Assembly (NCBI GenBank): GCA_963795085.1
Contig: CAWCFX010000001.1
Span: 1,312,001 to 1,376,000 of the forward strand
Source: an uncultured Gemmatimonadales bacterium
GTDB taxonomy: Bacteria > Gemmatimonadota > Gemmatimonadetes > Gemmatimonadales > GWC2-71-9
Reading direction: 5' to 3'
DNA: 64,000 nucleotides
Shown: in pieces, positions 58,032-64,000 of the stretch
How the letters are laid out: each line of letters opens with the position of its first letter
How positions within the stretch are numbered: position 1 is the first letter of the stretch
Made by a program: the position numbers and the translations under genes
Notes under the pieces: model-generated
What the model saw: only the letters and a program-made list of their open reading frames with translations
Database searches by the model: none
What the model was told of the DNA's origin: nothing

Positions 58032-59483
58032 GCCGGTGACGCCCTTGGCGATGCGGTCGCCGATCTCCTTGTCGATGTTGCGCCAGTATGCGAACGCGCG
58101 CTGCAGCACGGGCTCGGAGACGCCGGCCTTGAGGTGCCCGACGACGTTGGACACCAGTCGGTTGCGCGCCGCATCGTCCATGACCTTCGCGCACCAGGGC
58201 GCCGGCCTGGCCGAAGTCGTCGTCGTCCTTGTGCAGCGTGTAGGCGGCGCGGATGAACTCGCCGTCGGCTGCCCAGGTGGCCACCTCGGGATAGCGTTCG
58301 CCGTCCGCCTTCGGGCCGCCCTTCGAGTTCGGGGCGTACACCGGGTCCGACACGTTGTGGACCCGCATCGCGCCCGTCCTTGCTGTAGCTGTGCACCGGG
58401 CACTGCGGCGCGTTGACCGGGATCTGCTTGTAGTTGACCCCCAGGCGGTGACGGTGGGCGTCGGCGTAGGCGAACAGCCGCCCCAGCAGCATCTTGTCCG
58501 GGCTGACACCGATCCCCGGCACGAGGTTGTTCGGTTCGAACGCCGCCTGCTCGATCTCGGTGTGGTAGTCGGTCGGGTTGCGGTTCAGCGTCAGCCGGCC
58601 GACCTCGTGCAGCGGGTAGTCGCCGTGCGGCCACACCTTGGTCAGGTCGAAGGGGTTGAAGCGGTAGGTCCTGGCTTCCTCGAACGGCATGATCTGCATC
58701 CTCAGCGTCCAGCTGGGGTGTTCGCCCCGCTTGATGGCATCGAACAGGTCGCGCCGATGGTAGTCGCCGTCCGCCCCCGCCAGCCGGTCGGCCTCCGTCC
58801 TGGGTGAGGAAGTCGATGCCCTGGTCGGTCTTGAAGTGGTACTTCACCCAGAACCGCTTGCCTGCCGCGTTGACCCACATGTAGGTGTGGCTCGAGTAGC
58901 CGTTCATGTGGCGCCAGTTCTTCGGGATGCCGCGGTCACCCATCAGCCAGGTGACCTGGTGGGCCGACTCGGGCGACAGCGTCCAGAAGTCCCACTGCAT
59001 GTCGTGGTCGCGGAGGCCGTTGTCCGCACGACGTTTCTGCGAGCGGATGAAGTGCTGGAACTTCATCGGGTCACGGATGAAGAACACCGGCGTGTTGTTC
59101 CCCACCATGTCGTAGTTGCCCTCGGTGGTGTAGAACTTGAGCGCGAAGCCGCGTGGGTCACGCCAGGTGTCGGGGCTGCCGCGTTCGCCGGCCACCGTGG
59201 AGAACCGGATCAACGTGTCCGTCTTCGTGCCCGGCTGGAACACCGCGGCCTTGGTGTAGGCGCTGACATCCCTGGTCACCTCGAAGTGCCCGAAGGCTCC
59301 GAAGCCTTTCGCGTGGGGCTGGCGCTCGGGAATCCGCTCCCGGTTGAAGTTGGCCATCTGCTCGATGAGGTAGTGGTCCTGCAGCAGAATGGGTCCATCG
59401 GGCCCGACGGTCAGCGAGTGTTCGTCGCTGGAAACCGGGATCCCGGCATCGGTCGTCGTGGGCTTGGCGCCGTCCTGTGTCAT
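58026..59483 (-). CDS. Monofunctional heme catalase with three apparent +1 frameshifts
   Basis: [42 protein letters not shown]. Frame jumps at about 58796, 58375 and 58186 (net +3). Confidence 0.88.
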   Translation of the reverse strand: MTQDGAKPTTTDAGIPVSSDEHSLTVGPDGPILLQDHYLIEQMANFNRERIPERQPHAKGFGAFGHFEVTRDVSAYTKAAVFQPGTKTDTLIRFSTVAGERGSPDTWRDPRGFALKFYTTEGNYDMVGNNTPVFFIRDPMKFQHFIRSQKRRADNGLRDHDMQWDFWTLSPESAHQVTWLMGDRGIPKNWRHMNGYSSHTYMWVNAAGKRFWVKYHFKTDQGIDFLTQDGGRPAGGGGRRLPSARPVRCHQAGRTPQLDAEDADHAVRGSQDLPLQPLRPDQGVAARRLPAARGRPADAEPQPDRLPHRDRAGGVRTEQPRAGDRCQPGQDAAGAAVRLRRRPPSPPGGQLQADPGQRAAVPGAQLQQGRARCGSTTCRTRCTPRTRRAARRRTANAIPRWPPGQPTASSSAPPTRCTRTTTTSARPAPWCAKVMDDAARNRLVSNVVGHLKAGVSEPVLQRAFAYWRNIDKEIGDRIAKGVTGG

Positions 59484-59599
59484 GCTCAATCTCCCGTGAA
59501 ATCGCGGTGGGACCGGAGCGATGCGGCTCGCGGTGTGGGTGGCATTCGCGCTCCACGCCTCCTGGTGTCCCGCTGGTGGCGTGGCGCGAATGGCCACTG

Positions 59600-59889
59600 C
59601 AGGCGCGTACCAGGCGCGCCTGGACGTCCAATACGCATCTGCCTCTGCTTCAAGCTTGTCGAGGCGAGAGTAGTAGTCGGCGAATTCCTTGAGGTGAGCC
59701 CCGGCAATCTTTCCCGTGAGGATCAGGTCATCGTTCGTGACATCCTTGTCCGGATCCCGCGCGCCATGTTCCAGCTCAAACTTCAAGGCCGCGGCGAAAC
59801 TGCTCAGGGTCGACCACCTTCCAATCTAACCCCAAACTGTCACCAACGTGCTTCCCCTCGTCAGCGCTGATCATGCGTGTTGTGGCCAT
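59600..59889 (-). CDS. DUF5661-like protein, one +1 frameshift; 3' end unclear
   Basis: [14 protein letters not shown] (extra T at about 59779), [19 protein letters not shown]. No stop codon before the catalase frame. Confidence 0.7.
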
Positions 59890-60181
59890 CGGAACCTCTC
59901 CCGGGCTGGAACGATGCACCACCCGGCGGTGGGCGCGTGAGCGGCATTCGGGGTCACACGGGCGAGGCACGCGTGATGCCTTGCGCGTGCGGCGGCCAGC
60001 GCAGACGGAGGGGGGGCACGAATGGCGATGACGGGGCGGCTTCGTCTGCCTGCGCCAACCGGCCAGGCCTCGTCGACACGCTGCTTGCCCTTGCGCAGTG
60101 ACACCCGGTACGTTGCCTTCTAAGGTGCCCGGGTGTCGGTCGGATGCAAGCCGGGGATCCCGGATGACCTGGGAGGCAGGC

Positions 60182-60664
60182 ATGAAGAAGTGGGTGAGAC
60201 GCATCCGCGGCGCCATCGGGACGGGACTGACCTGGGCCGCGGCATGGTTCGGCGCGGGGATGATCATGTTGCTGGGGTCTCTGCTGGTCACCGGCAGTAC
60301 CGGCGCCGACGTCCCCTACCCCCTGGGGTTTGGGGCCTTCGGCTTCGTCGCCGGCGTCGCCTTCTCAGGTATTCTGAGCCTTGCCGAGGGACGTCGCCGG
60401 TTTCACCAGATGTCCATGTCCCGCTTCGCGGGGTGGGGGGCGGCCGGTGGTTTCCTGCTGTCCGCGATCCTCGTCGTGGCCGTGGCCCTTGGGGAGGACC
60501 CGGGCTTCCTCGGAAACCTCGTGGTGCTGGGCCCCATCTTCGCGGTGGCGGGCGCGGGTTCTGCCGCGGGTTCGCTGGCCCTGGCCAGAAGGGCCGAAGA
60601 CCGGGCCTTGCCGAAGGCCAGTGACGGCGAGACCGGGGGCGGGTCGTCTGAAGGAGAGCCATGA
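60182..60664 (+). CDS. Hypothetical membrane protein
   Basis: MKKWVRRIRGAIG, four hydrophobic helices, RBS GGAGG. Confidence 0.72.
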   Translation: MKKWVRRIRGAIGTGLTWAAAWFGAGMIMLLGSLLVTGSTGADVPYPLGFGAFGFVAGVAFSGILSLAEGRRRFHQMSMSRFAGWGAAGGFLLSAILVVAVALGEDPGFLGNLVVLGPIFAVAGAGSAAGSLALARRAEDRALPKASDGETGGGSSEGEP

Positions 60665-60803
60665 GGCTGGCAGGGTCAGTATCGCCGATGAGCTCCGAAG
60701 CAAGCACCCACCGCCCTCGAACCTCGAGTATCACAGGGGATCCCGGTCTGGGGCCCGACGGACGGCGCCGCCCTACGCCGCAAGAAGGTGATGGGCCTTC
60801 GCC

Positions 60804-61208
60804 CTAGGCACCTTTGTTCTTCTCGTCCCAGAGCTTCGGCTCCCAGAGTTCGACCTTGTTCCCGTCTGGATCCATGATCCATGCAAACGTGCCGTTCGCG
60901 TCCGCATCCGGTCCGCCGACGATGTCCACGCCACCAGCACGGAGCTGCTCCAGCAGTTCGCCGAGGTTGTCGACCCGGTAGTTGATCATGAACGACGACG
61001 TGCTCGGGCTGAACCACTTGCTGTCCTTGCCCGCGACATGCCATACCGTGAGGCCGTGATCCTCGGCCTTGTCGTCCGGCCACTTGAGAATGGCGCCGCC
61101 AAAGTCTTCCAGCCGCAAGCCCAGGTGTTTCCGATACCATTCGGCCAGTGCCGCGTGGTCGCCCGTGCTCTTGAAGAAGACGCCGCCGATACCAGTAACC
61201 CTCGCCAT
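60804..61208 (-). CDS. VOC/glyoxalase family protein
   Basis: RVTGIGGVFFK, FMINYRVDNL, DPDGNKVELWEP. Confidence 0.9.
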   Translation of the reverse strand: MARVTGIGGVFFKSTGDHAALAEWYRKHLGLRLEDFGGAILKWPDDKAEDHGLTVWHVAGKDSKWFSPSTSSFMINYRVDNLGELLEQLRAGGVDIVGGPDADANGTFAWIMDPDGNKVELWEPKLWDEKNKGA

Positions 61209-61429
61209 CGTTTTACCCCTCCCCTGGTCGCCGTTAACAGTCGTGCGCCTGAGCGCCGTTCGCTTCACCCAATGACTGGCGGTCCTGGCAGCCGCAGCCG
61301 AACGTGGCTCCGGGCGGATGGCCGCCCTGAGCCTGCTCGACCGCCGTCGCCGACCAGGCGAGAAAGCCGGTGACCACGTCCTCCCGTACGCTCGCGCCTG
61401 CCCGTTTCACCTGCCTGGTGCCAGGCAGC

Positions 61430-61874
61430 CTACGCCGTCACGTCACGGCCTGGCGGCCGGTAGATGAGGGCAATGACGATACCCGAGCCGACCCATTGCA
61501 GGAAATAGGCGACGGCCTGGAGCAGGGCCAGCCGGAGCCCGATGTTCAGGCTCACGTAGTTGTGCAGCATGAACGAGCCCGCGGTGAAGACGCCGACCAG
61601 GACGCCAAAGCGGAGCCCCTGGGTGAGAACGGGGCCCTCGCGAAAGGCGAGGGCGTAGAGCGCGGCGAGCGCCATCATCGCGATGAGCAGGGCCACCATC
61701 CCGACCGGTGCCACCCGCTGCATGGACTCCGGCGGGCGGTACACGGCCGTATACTGGCGGACTTCGTCGGCCAGGGGCAGGACGGCGAAGAGCAGGAAGC
61801 CGATCGCAAAGTACGCGACGGTGGCACCCAGGCCGGCGAGCGCAATGCGGGAGAAGTTCAGGGGTTCGTCTCAC
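61430..61874 (-). CDS. DUF1761-like membrane protein (start region needs one C removed)
   Basis: Frame of ORF 61430..61744 extends to LNFSRIALAGLGA. GTG 61874 is in frame if one C of the CCCC run at 61861-64 is removed. Confidence 0.6.
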
Positions 61875-62270
61875 GCTTGACGGTGACAGGTGGTCGAGCG
61901 AGCGTCCTGCGGCGAACGCCGGCGAGCCCGCCGCTTCCGACAGCACCGGCATGCGACGGCCGCGATGCCCGGGTAGCCGGTGTCCTCAGAACGTCGCCCG
62001 CCCGTTGGTGACCACCCGCAGCACCGACTGCTGGGGAAGCGGGCCTCATACGGGTCGATCACCGCTGCACAGGCACGCCTGCTGTCCCCCGGGGAGCGCA
62101 TCGCATGGCTGTCGCTTCGCGTCGAACCACCGGCTCATCGCGTTCGGATCAGCCATCAGGGGGCCTCAGGCTGTGTCGATTCTGGGGCTTGGCGTGGCAA
62201 GAAATCTGGGGTCGCTGCTCGGGGCTGGCAAGGTAGCGGTGGGTATGGTCTAGTCGCCCCGGTCCGGGTC

Positions 62271-63479
62271 TCACAGGTAGCTCAGCCACGCGTCGCTTCG
62301 CCGCCGCTTGACCGCCGCGAACCACCGGCAGGCCGGGTACATCGCGACCACGACGGCCGCCCACACCAGGTAAACCACGGGCAGCGAGTAGCCCCACCCG
62401 GGTGGCGGGCTGAAGGGATAGTGCGCCAGGTCCGGGGACTCGAACATCCAGTGGGCGGAGCCGTAGCGCACGTAGCAGGTGAGGACGGCGAGCAGGTGGA
62501 TGAATGCAAAGTGCAGGATATAATAGAAGAGCGGCACCTTGCCGATGATGAGCGCGGGGCGAAGCATGCGGGGAGTGCCCCGGTCCACGGCCCAGAGGAG
62601 GAGCATCGCCGGCCCCAGCGTCATCAGCAGGAACAGGAGCGACGGCGGGTACTTGGTGGTATTGAGGAACGAGAGCACGGTAAATGCCACCTTCGGTTGC
62701 ATCGCCCATGGAGCGGCATCACCGTAGATGTTGAGTGCGCGAAGCGCGACGAACGCCGCGCTCAGGCCCAGGCCCAGCCGCAGGAGGAAGGTGCGGCGGC
62801 GGTCGCTCGCCCAGCCGTAGACCCATCCCAGGCCGTACCCGACGGCGGTGACCCCGATCCAGGGAATTAACGGATAGGCGGCAAACACGACATGCCCAGG
62901 GCTATTGAGCACGAAGCCGGGAACGTGCAGGATGGTCCAGACCGGGTTCGCGAACTGGGCGCCGTCGAGGAGGTTGTGACCGGCGATCATGACGAGCCCG
63001 ATGGCCACCACCGCGCCAACCGGCAGCCGTACCAGGGCCGCGAGCGCGATCATCGCCCAGCCGAGCGCCCACAGCACCAGGAGCATCGTCACCCGGTAGT
63101 CCACGTTGAACTGGTACGCCAGGCATCGGAGCACCACGATCTCCAGGAAAATCAGCCAGAGGCCCCGGGTGAAGAGGAACCGGGAGAGTTCGGCCGGGGT
63201 CTTCCGCCGGAGCGACAGGCTGGCACCGGTTCCCGTGAGCAGGAAGAAGACCGGGGCGCAGATGTTGGTCACCCAGCGGGTAGCAAACAACGCGGGCGAA
63301 GTCGTGGCCAGGTCGGTTGGGTTCGCGCCCGGCATTCCGAAGAAGTCCCGGGTGTGATCCAGCGCCATGATGATCATGATGATGCCCCGCACCACGTCCA
63401 CCGACTCCAGGCGGTGGGTCGCGGGAGGGGCGGCACCGACGGCTGACTCCGAATCTATTGCCTGCGCGTTGAAGGCCAT
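62271..63479 (-). CDS. DUF1624/HGSNAT-like membrane acyltransferase family protein
   Basis: SVDVVRG..MALDH, TRWVTNICAPVF, YPLIPW, KYPPSL. Confidence 0.85.
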   Translation of the reverse strand: MAFNAQAIDSESAVGAAPPATHRLESVDVVRGIIMIIMALDHTRDFFGMPGANPTDLATTSPALFATRWVTNICAPVFFLLTGTGASLSLRRKTPAELSRFLFTRGLWLIFLEIVVLRCLAYQFNVDYRVTMLLVLWALGWAMIALAALVRLPVGAVVAIGLVMIAGHNLLDGAQFANPVWTILHVPGFVLNSPGHVVFAAYPLIPWIGVTAVGYGLGWVYGWASDRRRTFLLRLGLGLSAAFVALRALNIYGDAAPWAMQPKVAFTVLSFLNTTKYPPSLLFLLMTLGPAMLLLWAVDRGTPRMLRPALIIGKVPLFYYILHFAFIHLLAVLTCYVRYGSAHWMFESPDLAHYPFSPPPGWGYSLPVVYLVWAAVVVAMYPACRWFAAVKRRRSDAWLSYL

Positions 63480-63510
63480 GACCGCCGGAAGCGAGAGGGG
63501 TGGGGCCGGG

Positions 63511-64000
63511 CTACGCCCGGCGGACAGGGTAACGCAGGTGGGTAACGCCGACGCCCGGCGTCACGGCCGGAGTGCCCAGGCTGATGGGCGGGCCGGCGAG
63601 GCGGTCGAAGAGTCGCACGCCGGAGCCAAGAAGAACCGCCGCGATATCGACGTGGATCTCGTCGAGGAGGCCGGCGTTGAGGCACTGCTGGATGGTGTCA
63701 GCCCCGTGGACTCCCACGGATTTTCCCGCGGCGGCGGCCTTGGCTTGGCTCACGGCGCTTGCGATCCCGTCGGTCACGAACTGGACCGTCGAGCCGGGGC
63801 GCGGCCATCCCGCGGGGACGTGGTGGGTAAGCACGAAGGCCGGTCCCCAGGCATGATTGCCGCCCCAGCCTTGGGCGACCTCGAAAGTGCGCCGGCCGGT
63901 AAGCACCGCCCCGAGTTCGGACCAGAGTCCGCGGAGGTGCCCGGCGCTCGGCCCGGACACCTTGAACGTCATGGGGTCAGACCCTCCGGTCTGGAAGGCG
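63511..64000 (-). CDS. Dihydrofolate reductase-like (RibD C-terminal) protein, 5'-partial
   Basis: TGRRTF, FVLTH, GLLDEI, LLGSGVRLF, VTHLRY; runs off the window end. Confidence 0.82.
   Translation of the reverse strand, partial: AFQTGGSDPMTFKVSGPSAGHLRGLWSELGAVLTGRRTFEVAQGWGGNHAWGPAFVLTHHVPAGWPRPGSTVQFVTDGIASAVSQAKAAAAGKSVGVHGADTIQQCLNAGLLDEIHVDIAAVLLGSGVRLFDRLAGPPISLGTPAVTPGVGVTHLRYPVRRA

Noticed and set aside
58026..59483. Programmed frameshifting in catalase
   Set aside because: Three shifts with no slippery heptamers; the same single-base insertion signature appears in unrelated genes.

Overview
High-GC bacterial DNA. Gene content (Ser/Thr kinase-TolB-TPR, TPR-CHAT, many serine hydrolases, short coiled-coil membrane proteins) suggests Gemmatimonadota; this is an inference. 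1-15.6 kb is an alpha-glucan/sugar utilisation locus (GH5-like hydrolase, sodium:solute symporter, GH97, MFS transporter, GH13 amylase, CBM20-esterase-GH13 fusion). It is interrupted by a rod-like structured ncRNA candidate (about 2474-2695) and a CbbX/EccA-type AAA+ ATPase paired with a CesT/YbjN-like chaperone. From 15.7 kb to the end is a long run of almost entirely minus-strand accessory genes (GNAT, VOC, cupin, serine hydrolase, DHFR-like, catalase), with one good attC-like site and several decayed look-alikes. Embedded in this run are three candidates. (i) An ECF sigma / zf-HC2 anti-sigma / lipoprotein TPR-CHAT caspase-like protease module followed by two large secreted proteins, which is the best candidate for an undescribed system. 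(ii) A non-coding array of about 29 units with a 21/22-bp period behind a DUF2780-DUF4332 pair. (iii) A secreted protein resembling the N-terminal domain of plant extra-large G proteins. Several genes carry +1 insertions, mostly in short homopolymers, which are probably assembly errors. No rRNA, tRNA, CRISPR array, transposase or integrase was recognised. All family assignments come from motif recognition by eye, not from database searches.
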